A stretch of 64,000 nt of DNA, from NCBI RefSeq assembly GCF_018977255.1, contig NW_024704743.1, positions 90,212,001-90,276,000 of the forward strand. The letters run 5' to 3'. This DNA comes from Callorhinchus milii. Its lineage: Eukaryota. The position numbers and the translations under genes were made by a program. Numbering within the stretch: the first letter of the stretch is position 1; each line of letters begins with the position of its first letter. Under the pieces are notes generated by a model. That model was not told where the DNA came from. It did not search any database and saw only the letters and a list, made by a program, of their open reading frames with translations. Of the stretch, positions 50,930 to 62,965 are shown in pieces.

Positions 50930-51355
50930 AACTGTCCTTTCTCCCCTATATCCATGCCATGACCCGCTCTGCCTTCCCCCACCTCCGCAACATTGCCCGA
51001 CTCCAACTCAGGTCCCCAAAACCCTCATACGTGTATTCATCATCTCAAGGCTCGACTACGGAAACGCCCTCCTTGTTGGCCTCACCAATTCTTCCCTGCA
51101 CAAGCTGTAGATCATCTAGAACACTTCAGCTCGTCTGTTCTCCTGCACTTCGCCTTGCTCCCTCTCTTGCCTCCTTCAAGGCACGACTCAAGACCCTCCT
51201 TTTTAACCATGCCTTCAGCCGCCCTCCTACCCTCTCTGCCCTCCCTCATCCCAACCCTGCCCCCCATGCTCAGGTCCTGATCCCTGATTGTTCAGCGCCT
51301 TGAGACGTCCTCCCAACGTGAAAGGCACTTTACAAATGTAATTGTGTTGTTGTTG
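50930..51355 (+). mobile_element. Internally deleted L2 3' fragment
   Basis: AFPHLRNIARL, FIISRLDYGNALLVGL, SFKARLKTLLF; (TTG)n tail. Confidence 0.88.
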
Positions 51356-52023
51356 TAAGAAACACCTCAGTACCAAAGCTGCAGAACATATGATAATGAA
51401 TTACTGTATTTATTATGTTACTTTAACTGCAATCTTTCCCAGTGCAACACTGCAAATCCCACCACCACAGATTCCATGTGGCAATGCCCATATATGTGAC
51501 ACAATAGCCCCTTGCCTCACTTCAAAATACGATTTAATAAAAATTCGTAACACAGAATACTCTTGACCCAATCAGAAATCTCAGAGAAATAAGACGTAAA
51601 TTTTAAAACAATAATATTAAATAATAAATCTTGCATTTGATAGCGGGAGGATGTTTTAAAACGCTTCACAGGATTTATTGTAAAGCGTGGCGACTGTGTA
51701 TTTTGTAGGCAAACAAGGCAGCCAATTTGGTACAGCAACACCACACAAACAGCCATGAATGAAAAGAGACCAATTTAATTGGGGTTTGTTGGCCAGGACA
51801 CCTGGAGAAACTCTTCTCTTTTCAAATAGTGCCATGGGATCTTGAACAATATCTTCACAATATTGGAATTACATAAAATAGCAAATAATTGGAGTCTGTC
51901 ATGTCAGGGCAAAAATTAAACCCCAAAATGTGGGATGCTCACTGAGTAATCAAGTAATTAAACAGTTACTGAGAGACTAAAAATAATTAATTGTTTAGAA
52001 ATTATTTAATAACCACAAGTCCT

Positions 52024-52347
52024 GTGGAGTCCTGTGGCTCAGTGGTTAGAGCACTCGCTTTGCAAGCGAGAGACCTGGGTTCAATTCCAGGCAGGGCGAA
52101 ACCTTGGGCAAGTTTCCTTACTCCACACGCTTAATAATAATCCCTTCAAAAACCAAAAATAATAATAAATTGGTCATTTTCAATCTACGACTGTTTGTGG
52201 GACATTGCTGTGCGCAATTGGCTGCCGCGTTTGCCCACAAATATACAGTCAATTCACTTTACAGTGTGTTCTGTGAAGCGCTTTGGGACGTCCTCCTGAC
52301 GTGAAAAGCGCTATATCAAATGCAAGGATTATTATTACTATTATTAT
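52024..52347 (+). mobile_element. Full-length young tRNA-Ala-derived SINE, short variant
   Basis: Near-identical to 23870-24187. Confidence 0.95.
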
Positions 52348-52530
52348 AAGATAACTTATTTGACAAACTTTGTTCTCTACATTAGTTACATTGATGTAAT
52401 TTACCTGTAGTTTATGATCTACGCACAGCACTGTTGGTACACAATCTGCCAGGGTTACCTTAAATGAGTAAGTCTAGATTCAGGTAGAATTTCTCCCCAC
52501 AAATTCTTAGAAATTTATAAATGTAACAAC

Positions 52531-52992
52531 AATAATAATCCTTGCATTTGATATAGCGGTTTATCATATGTTGAGATGTCTCAAAGCGCTTCACAGAATA
52601 TATTATAAAGTGGATTGACTGTGTATTTTGTGGGCGAAACAGGGCAGACAATTTGCATGCCAAAGTCCCACAAACAGCTATGAAATGAGTAATCACTTTT
52701 ATTTGGGAGACTGTTAGCCAGGATGCCTGGAGATACTCCCTTTCCGTTTCAAATACTGCCATGGGATCTTTAACATCCACCTAAACAGGCAGATAGAGTC
52801 TCAATCTGAACGACAGCAGCGCCAACTATGTAGCACATTGCCAGTATTGTAATGGATTGTCCTCCTGATGTGAAAGGCGCTATACAAATGTAATTTGTTG
52901 TTGTCAGCCTAGACTGAGTCCCAATATGGAATTTGAATCTGCAACCTCCTGATTCAGAAACGACAGTGCTATCAACTGAGCCAAATTGACAC
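52531..52992 (-). mobile_element. Deu-type SINE with a ~50-bp L2 tail inserted at ~52857-52903
   Basis: Deu core (aatactgccatgggatctttaacatccacct) and head (tgaatctgcaacctcctgattcaga...aactgagcca). Confidence 0.72.
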
Positions 52993-53889
52993 CCTAATAA
53001 TCCTAATAATATTGTTATAACGATCCTTGAATTGGATATAGCACCTTTCACATCAGGACAATGTCTCAAATCGCTTCATAGGTTTTATTGTAAAATGTAA
53101 TGACTTTGTAAGCGAATATGAGGGATAGTAATAATGAAATATATCAAATAAGATTCAAACAGGAAGGATTTCTTGACAAGCATACATAACACAGAGTATA
53201 CAAAGATCATACACATAAAGTAACAAAACTAATAAAAACCAAAGCAGTTTACCATATATAGTATGACAACAGCAGATACTGCGGCCAGAGTTCAAGTCTG
53301 TAATATGATCAATTGGCTCAGATGACAGTTATAAACTACTTGAGCTTCATTGTGAGAATGTATTGCAGTGGTAATCAAGATGCAGCTTGATATCTACAGG
53401 AAATCTATTTCCTTTTCATTGTGACCCTCAGTAGACCTATTCCTTCATGTGTTTCTGAGCCTGCTCTTGGCCTGACCCCCCCTCCCCTACCCCACCATGG
53501 GATGTTGTCAGAGCTGGAGATTAGTGTTATTCCTCTCCTCTTCTGTCCAGGAAGAGAAAGCAAGGGAATGCTATTAATAGATTGTATAAGCTCAGCAGCC
53601 ATAGTAAAAGAAGTGCTCCGGCAATGTATAAAGTTACAGCATTAATAGAATTTGTGGTCCTTTACGTGGGGGTTCTCTTTCACGTGGGTAAGTGTAGAAG
53701 TTAACCGTTCATGGCGCATGTCCACTGTGAAACCAAATATTCAGCGAGGGATATCATGGATATGGACTTGCATCCAATTACTCCAGAGAATAAGGTGTTG
53801 GTATACACAGTTCAGGAATAAGACACAGGTTGAGGTTTACAATCAAAGGGTATTGTGGGGCTCTGGTGTCTATCAATATCAATTAGGTA

Positions 53890-55085
53890 TCAGTTGGTAG
53901 TACTCTTGGTAAAACTCTTGCCTTCGAGTCAGTTGGTAGCATTCTTGCCTCCAAGTCAGAAAGTTGTGGGTTTAGCTGTTATTTCAGGCAGTTGAGACGT
54001 TAAACCAAGGTCCAGGTTGCCTGTTCAAGTGGACGTTAAAGATAAAATGGTACTATGTTAAAAGATTCTTTATGGCTATTTGTGGCTATATGCAAATTGA
54101 TTGACACATTTGCCTAGAAAAATACATAGTCAACCCACTTTTTAGTAAATGATGTGAGACGTCCTCCTAGTGTGAAAGGCAAAAAGTAAATAACCAATTT
54201 TATCTGGACGATTGGTGGCCAGGATACTGGGAAAAATAGTGAACGACAACACCTTCGACAATGCAACGCATCCCCAGCACTGCACTGGAGTGCAAGTCTT
54301 GACTGTGAGTTCAACATCCTGATATGGGGCTTGAACCCACAACCTACTCATTCCGAGGCAAGATGCCTACCAACTGTGCCAGACTGACACCATAGTAATT
54401 AGTGATAGCAAACGTATGAAGAATCACTACAGGAATTGCAGAAGCGAAGAATTGAGAAGTGGCTCCTGCCAGAGTATGTATGCCAGTGTTGGAAGAATCT
54501 GGAAATTAGGAAATGTATTATAATTTCCAATTTATTATTAATAATCATAATGTTGATAATCCTTACAGTTAGTAAGCGCTCTGAGATGCCGCCCGGCATG
54601 GAGGCACTATATAAATGCAAGTTGTTGTTGTTGTTAGTGTAGCACTGTAGGATTATATTCAAAGTGCTTCACATGTAATACTATAAAGTGTAGTGACTGT
54701 GTATTTTGTAGGCAGTCATGACAGCCAATATAGGCACAGTGATGTCCCACAAATAACCATGAAGTGAATAACCAAAGTTATCTGGAGGAATGGTGGCCTG
54801 GACACCAGGAGAAACTCCTCTAGTTTTTGAATAGTGGCACGGAATCTTTGATATCCACCTCAAGAGGCAGACGGGATCTTGGTTTAACAATGTATCCAAA
54901 AGACATCACTTCCAAACTATGCAGCACTCTCCAGTGCATAAGAATAATAATAATAATCCTTGCATTTGATATAGCGCCTTATCACCCTGTTGAAACATCT
55001 CAAAGCGCTTCACAGAATATCTTGCAAAGTGGATTGACTGTATATTTTGTGGGCAAAATGCGGCAGCCAATTGGGCACAGCAGTG
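53890..55085. mobile_element. Cluster of Deu-type SINE pieces on both strands plus short L2/SINE tails
   Basis: + head gtcagttggtagcattcttgcctccaagtcagaaagttgtggg at 53928; - head ttgaacccacaacc at 54331; - Deu core at 54830; SINE tail at 54942-55083. Confidence 0.65.
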
Positions 55086-55104
55086 AAATATGTTAAAAGT
55101 CCTG

Positions 55105-56280
55105 ACATGGAGCTTGAGCTCCATGTCCAGGGAGCTTTCTTCCACATCCGACGCATCGCCCATCTCCGCCAATACCTCTCCCCAAAAGGAGCTGAAACCC
55201 TGGTCCATGCCTTTGTCACCTCTCGGCTGGACTACTCCAACTCCCTCCTCGCCAGTCTCCCATCCACTACAACAACAACAACAACAAGATTCCATTTATA
55301 AAGCGACTTTCACGTCAGGAGGACATCCCAAGGCGCTGCACAGTTGGGTCATGACCCGAGCAAGGGGGAAATGGTCAGGGGAGGGGAGGGAGGGAGCAAG
55401 GAGGGGGGAAATGGTCAGGGTGAGGGAAGGGAGGGAGCGAGGAGGGGGAAGAGAGTCGAGAGGGGAGCTGAAGGCACGGTCAAAGAGAAAGGTTTTGAGA
55501 CCGGCCTTGAAGGAGGAAAGGGAGGAAGCAAGGCGAAGGCACTGGGGGATGGAGTTCCAGAGCCTGGGGGCTGAGAGGCTGAAGGCCCGACCACCGATGG
55601 TAGGGCGGTTGGGGCGGGGGACGTGGAGCAGACCAGAGCCAGAGGAACGGAGGGTACGGGCAGGTAGGTAGGGGGATAGTAGGTTGGAGAGGTAGGAGGG
55701 AGCAAGGCCGTGAATGGCCTTGTAGGTGAGGATGAGGATCTTGAAATCAATCAATCTTGAAATCACTACCATCCACAAAATCCAAATCATTCAAAACTCT
55801 GCCGTCCGCATTCTTACCTGCACCAAACTCTGCTCCCCGATCACCCCAGTTCTTGTCAGACTGCACTGGCTGCCTATCCCAGAGAGGATCGACTTCAAGT
55901 TCCTCACCCTAGTATTCAAGTCCCTGCACTCCTCTGCACCCCCCTACCTCTCTGACCTCCTCTCTCCTCAAAACAGTACCTGTTGCCTTTGTTCCTCCGG
56001 GTCTGGCTTCCTCCTCGTCCCCCGAGTCCTCCGTTCCACCCTCGGCGGCCGTGCCTTCAGCCACTATGCCCCGAGGCTCTGGAACTGCCTTCCTCACTCC
56101 CTTTGTCTCGCTCCCTTCCCATTTTCAGGTCTCTGCTGAAGACCTTTCTTTTCGACCGCACCTTTGGTCACCTTCCTCCCCCTCCCCCTGGCTTGGTCCC
56201 TGGATCCGTTACTGTGAAGCACTCTGAGACGCCGTCCGGCATGGAGGGCGCTATATAAATCCAAGTTGTTGTTGTTGTTG
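55105..56280 (+). mobile_element. L2 subfamily B 3' fragment interrupted by an antisense L2 subfamily A copy
   Basis: [34 protein letters not shown] (to 55270) continues as TTIHKIQIIQNSAVRIL..LHWLPIPERIDFK from 55764; (TTG)n tail at 56265-56280. Confidence 0.93.
55271..55763 (-). mobile_element. Young L2 3' fragment, subfamily A, with 6-bp TSD CACTAC
   Basis: DFKILILTYKAIHGLAPSYLS...LKTFLFDRAF; CACTAC at 55265-55270 and 55764-55769. Confidence 0.95.
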
Positions 56281-56371
56281 AACCCACAACCTTTTGTCTC
56301 AGAGGTGAAGATTGTATCAACTGAGCCAGGTTAGCACCAAATTATTGAAGATATCTCTTCATTTGAAAATG

Positions 56372-56866
56372 TTTTATGGTCAGCTGGGTGTCTGACATAT
56401 GGATAAAACACATCACCATGCTTAAGAGTATCCAAACCAAATAGAGTTCTATGCACCCCACCTATATATGGAAATACCAGAGTTATTTATTGGCTCACTA
56501 GCTCCCTGGAGGGTTGCATTCTGTTTAGAAAGTATTGGGCACAGGTGGGCAAGGCTGGGGATCCAAGAGTATGCACTGGGATACTGCTGGAGTCGAACCA
56601 ACTAAAACCACATAACTTGCCATTCAAATCACTGTTTGGCAAACTTTCCCACTCCTTTTGCAGCTCGGATCACTCCACCTATCAGGGCTTTGGCTTGCAG
56701 AGTTAGCAAGAGCTGAGCGGAACGAATTCCTACCCCAGGTGACTGGTCTGCCCTTCCAAGTCCTGCCGATCAACCAGCCTGTCTGTGCTGTCAACAGCAA
56801 TGCCTTGGAGTACTTGAAACCTCCCAGTTCAGCTTTAAGGAGACCCCGCTTACCTCCCTCTCAAGA
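56372..56866 (-). mobile_element. 3' UTR of the CCHC non-LTR family
   Basis: Colinear with 35305-35900, with an internal deletion near 56822. Confidence 0.8.
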
Positions 56867-59800
56867 AAAATTCTTAATTTTAATGGAGATAGTTAATTCT
56901 AATGGAGCAATGAGTCATAATTTTAAAAAAATTCTCACAAAATGCACTCAAATAGGTGTCATTTCATTAAATTCAGCAAAAATAAATCAAACTTGGCTGT
57001 TCATTTCATTGTAGTTTGTGCGACGTCGCTGGCACAGATTAGTTGTTACGTTTAATGACATAACAGCCACTACACTTGTACAGTGTAATTTTATTGTTCA
57101 GAACACAATAAGGTGCTACATCAAACCCAAGCATTATTATTCATTAATCCATGGCCAATGCATTCTAAAAATAATTCTGATTTATTCTATTTCCACATTT
57201 TATTTAGTCGATCAATAAATGCATAAAAATTTACATTCTGGGCACTATAAACAAAGTGTGTCTAAATCTAGAACCATAGTGAACAAGCCTGAGAACAGCT
57301 TTTGGGTATGGAAACAAAATTCTAGCAACCTATGAGTTGAGTGGGGTGTTGGAGAATAAAATACACAGTTTTAGTCCTTCATCTTATTAAAGCAATAAAT
57401 TCACAGCAGAATGGCAATGCTAATGCAGTGCAATGGTGCAATGTACTGTACAACAGAGTGTGAGGATACAGGATCGACTGCGTAATTCCCACATGGTGAG
57501 CTCTTAACCTTGGATTGCATGGGAGGCCAACCTTGGGAGGCAGCTAGTGGAATGTGGAACTCACTAATGTTCTTCGAGCAATGCACCTACTATCTTTTAC
57601 ACTAATTGGTGCAAGAGGATGAAATAAAATAAGAATTTTATTTCTTCAACATAAACAAAAGAAGAAATACTATACAGTTCCAACTTGTGCATCAGCTCCA
57701 AAGAAGCATTGGTCTAAACCAGTCAGCAGATCTTTCCCTCCCCCAAGCCATTCCTGTCTTTTGGTATACGCAAATTTAAATTAAATTTAAAGGCGAAATA
57801 AATGGGAATAAAAACGGGATTTTTTAAAAAACATTAAACTTTAAATTTAATGTAACCAGTTTAAGATTGTACTTTTCAATCTATGAATTGGACTATTGCA
57901 ATCATCAACAGAGAGCGTTGTACCACTTTCTGGGTAATTGCTCCATAGACCCACATGGACAGTGGTCTTCAATAGTCTGTGGCCCAGCGTATCCACCTGC
58001 TCTAGTTAGAGGAGGGTCTGTTAACACTAATTGGTCCTTGAAAAGAAGAAAATGGAGCCAAATCGGAATAGAAAACAAACAGACTACAGGATATGACAAA
58101 GAGGTCTAATTTACAACCTTTTCGAATCGACTTATGAATAGCAAATACCCAGCTGTGCCTGGGTGACGAACTTAGGTTTTACTTTTGCAGTCAAATACGT
58201 CAACTGGCATCCAGCAGAGGATCACGGTCTGATCAGTATTCCAGAATGTATGGATTATACGTTCAAGATTATCTATTTACAAATATCCCAAATTGCCCTC
58301 GTTACAAGCTAACAAGAATGATCCTTTGAAATTTTGCATCACTGCATTCACCTGGTGCATCAACCCAATCTTTGTAGAGCAGTGAATATTCCAAAGACGA
58401 TGTAAAATTTCTCTTAATCTGAATATGCAGAGCAGAAGCTAAAAGCATTTTCCATCAGCTTTCTGGCCAATAATTAGTGAGTACATTCACACAGATAGAA
58501 CAGAGTGGCTGTAAGACTATCTATCTGACTATGCATTGCAACAATGTTGGAATAATAATCTTTTGATGCAATAATTTTGGATTATACAAATTATTATGAC
58601 TGGTTGTTAACTATGCCACAATACTGGATTTTTGAGTGCATTTCTGACGTGGTTTCTGGCAGGCTTCACTCTTCTTTGCTATTTTTGGCAACACAGACAC
58701 AAGGGCAGGAACAGTCCATTGACGACACCAGGCGTATCAAATTATTCCAGTACAATAACCTTGCCAGCAGTTACAAAGCATTAAAATGTTAAAGGCACAC
58801 AAAAAGGCTTGGGTACAAGCATTTAATATTTCTCAGATTTCCACAACATCCAAGGACTCCAAAGTAGAACTTCAGTAATAATTAACAATTGTTTTGATAT
58901 ATATTTGAATAAGTGCTTACATTTACACAATTTTTCACTTACAAGCTTTCACACAATGAAGAAGTTCTTAACACAACCGTTCAGTGAAAGAGACGCATCC
59001 GTGCCATGACCTGCTCTGCCTTCCCCCACCTCCGCAACATTGCCTATCTCCACCAATGCCTCCCATTGCGACTCCATTGCGAGGAAATGCTGGACTTCCT
59101 TGAGTCCAAAATCGAAGGAACCCGCTCAGCTGCCACTGCCCTCCCAACTTCCACCCATTTCTCCTTCCACACCTTTGAACCTGTCACCCCCTCCTCTGTC
59201 ATCACCACTATATCCTCCACAAAGCTCACCACCTGCTCCCTGGACCCCATCCCCACCCCTCTCCTCTCCTTAAATCTCAGCTCCACCTCCTTGCCCCACT
59301 ACTCGTTGACATCATCAACCTCTCTCTGTCATCTGGCACTGTTCCTACCCCTCCTGAAAACAGCCACTATCACCCCCACCTTGAAGAAACCTTCCCTTGA
59401 TCCATCAAAGCTATCCAGGTACTGGCCCATCTCCCACCTCCCTTTTCTATCTAAGGTCCTTGAGAGAGCCATCGCCTCCCAGCTTCACTCTTTCCTCTCC
59501 TCCCATTCCCTCCAGGAACCCCTCCAATCGGGTTTCCGTGCTGCCCACAGCACAGAAACTGCTCTGGTCAAGGTCACAAACGACATCCTGACCATGTGTG
59601 ACCAGGGCTCCCTCTGCCTCCTCGTCCTCCTCGACCTCTCCACCACCTTTGATACTGTGAACCACTCAATCCTCCTTCACTGCCTCTGTTCCCACTTCAA
59701 ACTTCAAGGTTCTGTCCTTGACTGGTTCAAGTCCTACCTTTCACACCGGCTCCACTTCGTCTCTGCAAACAGCTTCTCCTCCAGCCCCCGCACTGTCTCG

Positions 59801-59936
59801 TTCCTCAGGGTTCTGTCCTCGGTCCCCTCCTCTTCACCCTCTACATGCTCCCCCTTGGTGACATGGGGTAAATTTCCACATGTACGCAGATGATACCCAA
59901 CTCTATCTTTCTGTCTCCACCTTCAACTCCAGGACT

Positions 59937-60020
59937 AATAATAATAATAATAATCCTTGCATTTGATATAGCGCTTTTCAAGTCTTCTAGACGTCCCAAA
60001 GCGCTTCACAGAATATACTG
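59937..60020 (-). mobile_element. ~84-bp SINE 3' tail inserted in L2
   Basis: Reverse complement cagtatattctgtgaagcgctttgggacgtctagaagacttgaaaagcgctatatcaaatgcaagg(ATT)n. Confidence 0.9.
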
Positions 60021-60729
60021 CGTCCTCGTCTACTACTGGCTTCCTGACCGACTGCCTTTCCAACATCAAGTCCTGGAAGAGGGACAACTTACTCCAACTC
60101 AACGTCAGCAAGACCGAGGTCTTCCTAATTGGCTCACACCAGCACCTCCACGCCTCAGGCGCTGGCAGCATCAGCCTCCACGGCTGCACACTCAACCTCA
60201 CTAAGCCAGTCAGGAACCTGGGTGTCTTGTTTGACCCTGAACTGGCCTTTCTCTCCCACATCCCCGCCATGACCGGCACTGCCTACCACCACCTCCGCAA
60301 CATTGCCAGACTCCGCCTCACCCCTCAGGCTGCCGAAACCCTCACCCCACACATTCGTCACATCAAGGCTCGATTATGGAAACTCCCTCGTCATTAGCCT
60401 TCCCAACTCTTCCCTTCACAAGCTGCAGATTATCCAAAACTCTGCAGCTTGTGTACTCTCACACACCAGGCTCCGTGATCCCATCAACCCCACCCTCACC
60501 CAACTCCACTGACTCCCCATTCTTCAGAGGATCAAATTCAAGATCCTCATCCTCACTTTCAAGGCCATCCATGGTCTTGCCCCCTCCTAACTCTTTGATC
60601 CGCTGACTCCCTACCAATCTGCTCGCTTCCTCCGTTCAGCGGGCTCCAGCCTGCTCCATGTCTCTTACCTGACCTGCCCTACCATTGGTGGCTGGGCTTT
60701 CAGCCTCTCTGCCTCCACACTCTGGAACT

Positions 60730-60816
60730 CAGTATATTCTGTGAAGCTCTTTAAGACGTCTCGAAGACGTGAAAAGTGCTATATCAAATGCAAGGATTAT
60801 TATTATTATTATTATT
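60730..60816 (+). mobile_element. ~87-bp SINE 3' tail inserted in L2, TSD AACTC
   Basis: AACTC at 60726-60730 and 60817-60821 flanks cagtatattctgtgaag...(ATT)n. Confidence 0.9.
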
Positions 60817-61049
60817 AACTCCATCCCACAGTCCCTTTGCCTCTCTTCCTCCCTTGCCTCCTTCAAGGCCGGTCTCAAGACCCTCCTCTTCAATCGTGCC
60901 TTTGGTTGCCCTCTCACCTCTCTGCCTTCCCTCACCCCTCCCCTACCCCTCCCCCAGGCTCAGGTCCTGACCCCTGATTGTCCAGCACCCTTGGGACGTC
61001 CTCCCGACGTGAAAGGCGCTCTATAAATGTCATTTTGTTGTTGTTGTTG

Positions 61050-61670
61050 CCTCATCCCTCAGGCAGCCGAACCCTTATTCACACGTTCATCACAGCTAGG
61101 CTCGACTACACCAACTCACAGCGTGTTGGCATTCCCAACTCTTCCCTCCACAAGCTGCAGATCATCTAGAACTCTGCAGCTCATGTCCTCTCCCGCACCA
61201 GGCTCTGTGACCCCATCACCCAACCCTCGCCTGGCTCCACTGGCTCCCCATCCTCTAGAGGATACAGTTCAAAATCCTCGTCGTTGCCTTCAAGGCCCTC
61301 CACAGCCTTGCTCCTTCCTACCTCTGTGACCTGCTGACCCCATATCAACCTGTCCACTCCCTCCGCTCAGCAGGCTACAGCCTGCTTCATGTCCCCCGCC
61401 CAGCCCACACCAACATTGGCAGTCGAGCTTTCAGCCTTTCTGCCTCCACCCTTTGGAACTCCATCCCACATTCCCTTCGCCTCGCTCTTTCCCTTGTCTC
61501 CTTCAAGACCCTCCTCTTCCACCGAGCCTTCAGCCATCCTCCTACCCTGTCTGCCCTCCACCCTCCCAGAACTCATCCTACATATCCCCCACCCACTCGG
61601 GTTCAAATCCCTGACCTTCCAGCGCCCTGGGTGTCCTCCCAACTTGGAAGGTGCTAAACAAATGTAATTT
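61050..61670 (+). mobile_element. Second, tandem L2 3' fragment
   Basis: LIHTFITARLDYTNS..SSLHKLQII, LHWLPIL, degenerate tail at 61620-61670. Confidence 0.85.
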
Positions 61671-61904
61671 AATGTATTATGTATTGTACTTGAAAGGAAT
61701 ATTCTTTGTCACCTGGAAAATAACCTTGCACGATATTAGCAGGTATGTGAACACAGTGCAATGTTTTAATGACTGCTTCTTCCACGAAAATGGTTTAATG
61801 TACATTTACTTTGAATAAGGTTTAAACCTGTAAATTGTAGCAATTGTTGCAGAGGACATGCTCCCCAAAGATTGTTCCATAATCTTTTGGAAGCAGACTG
61901 ATCC

Positions 61905-62199
61905 TAGAATTAAATTAAGGGTCAGCCTCTTAGCACAGAGTTGAGGAAACACTTCTTCACTCAGAGGGTAGTGAACTTATGGAATTCACTACCCCAGAAG
62001 GCTGTAGATGATCAGTCCTTGAACATTTTCAAGGCTGAGACTGATAGATTCTTGAAAAATAGAGGGATTAGGGGATATGGGGATAGGGCAGGTAATCAGA
62101 GTTAGGTGAGAAGATCAGCCATGGTCTTACTGAATGGCGGAGCAGGCACGAAGGGCCGAATGGCCTACTCCTGCTCCTAATTCTTATGTTCTTATGTTC
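61905..62199 (+). mobile_element. CR1 3' end (shark type), well preserved
   Basis: LRKHFFTQRVVNLWNSLPQKAV..LNIFKAETDRFL; 3' UTR gaagggccgaatggcctactcctgctcct and (TTCTTATG)n tail. Confidence 0.92.
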
Positions 62200-62244
62200 G
62201 TAGAACTTGGTCTTCCCCAAAATTTTGATCAATAATAACCTTGT

Positions 62245-62965
62245 AATAATCCTTGTGTTTGATATAGTGCCTATGCAGTACCTCAAGTGTTTCACTGGGA
62301 ACTACTGAAAAGTGTAGTAACTATGTATTTGGAAATGAACATGACAGCTAATTTTTCCCCAGCCATGTGCCACAAACAGTCATCAATTTTATCTGGGGGA
62401 TTGTTGGCCAGGACATTGGCAGAAACTCCTTTTTCTTTTTCAAAAGTGCCAAGGGATCATTAATGACCACCTAACTAGGCAATGGAGTCTCAGTTCAACA
62501 TCTCATCAAAATAATTGCACCTGCTTCAGTACTCGTGGAGTCCTGTAGCTCAGTGGTTAGAGCACTTGCTTTGCAAGCAAGACACCTGGGTTCAATTCCA
62601 GGCAGGGCGAAACCTTGGGCAAGTTTCCTTACTCCACACGCCTAATAATAATCCCTCCAAAACCCCAAACAATAATAAATTGGTCATTTTCAATCTACGA
62701 CTGTTTGTGGGACATTGCTGTGCGCAATTGGCTGCCGCGTTCGCCCACAAATATACAGTCAATTCACTTTACAGTATATTCTGTGAAGCGCTTTGGGACG
62801 TCCTCCCGACGTGAAAAGCGCTATATCAAATGCAAGGATTATTATTATTATTATTATTACAGCACTCCCCCAAGCAATGTAGTGTTGCATGAACCTATGT
62901 GCTCAAAATCCCAGCATGATTCTTGAACCCACAAGCTTTTGACTTAGAGATCAGAATGCTAGTAC
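62245..62965 (-). mobile_element. Deu-type SINE split by a young tRNA-Ala SINE
   Basis: Deu core at 62430-62520, head cttgaacccacaagcttttgacttagag at 62922-62950. Confidence 0.65.
62535..62859 (+). mobile_element. Full-length young tRNA-Ala-derived SINE, short variant, 8-bp TSD
   Basis: CAGTACTC (62527-62534) and CAGCACTC (62860-62867) flank the element. Confidence 0.95.

Larger units (their letters stand above)
59000..61049 (+). mobile_element. 5'-truncated, frameshifted L2 LINE with reverse transcriptase domain and 3' tail
   Basis: PISHLPFLSKVLE, QSGFRAAHSTETAL, LLDLSTTFDTVNH, WFKSYLS, VPQGSVLGPLLF (~59800-59835), YADD at 59883-59894, LNVSKTE, VRNLGVLFD; ends gacgtcctcccgacgtgaaaggcgct..(TTG)n. 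Confidence 0.95.

Noticed and set aside
57780..57851. Perfect 13-bp inverted repeat attaaatttaaag/ctttaaatttaat
   Set aside because: Low-complexity AT-rich sequence; expected by chance.
59006..59893. Active reverse transcriptase or prokaryote-style RT system
   Set aside because: L2 ORF2 fragment with frameshifts before YADD, stops, SINE insertions and no endonuclease domain.
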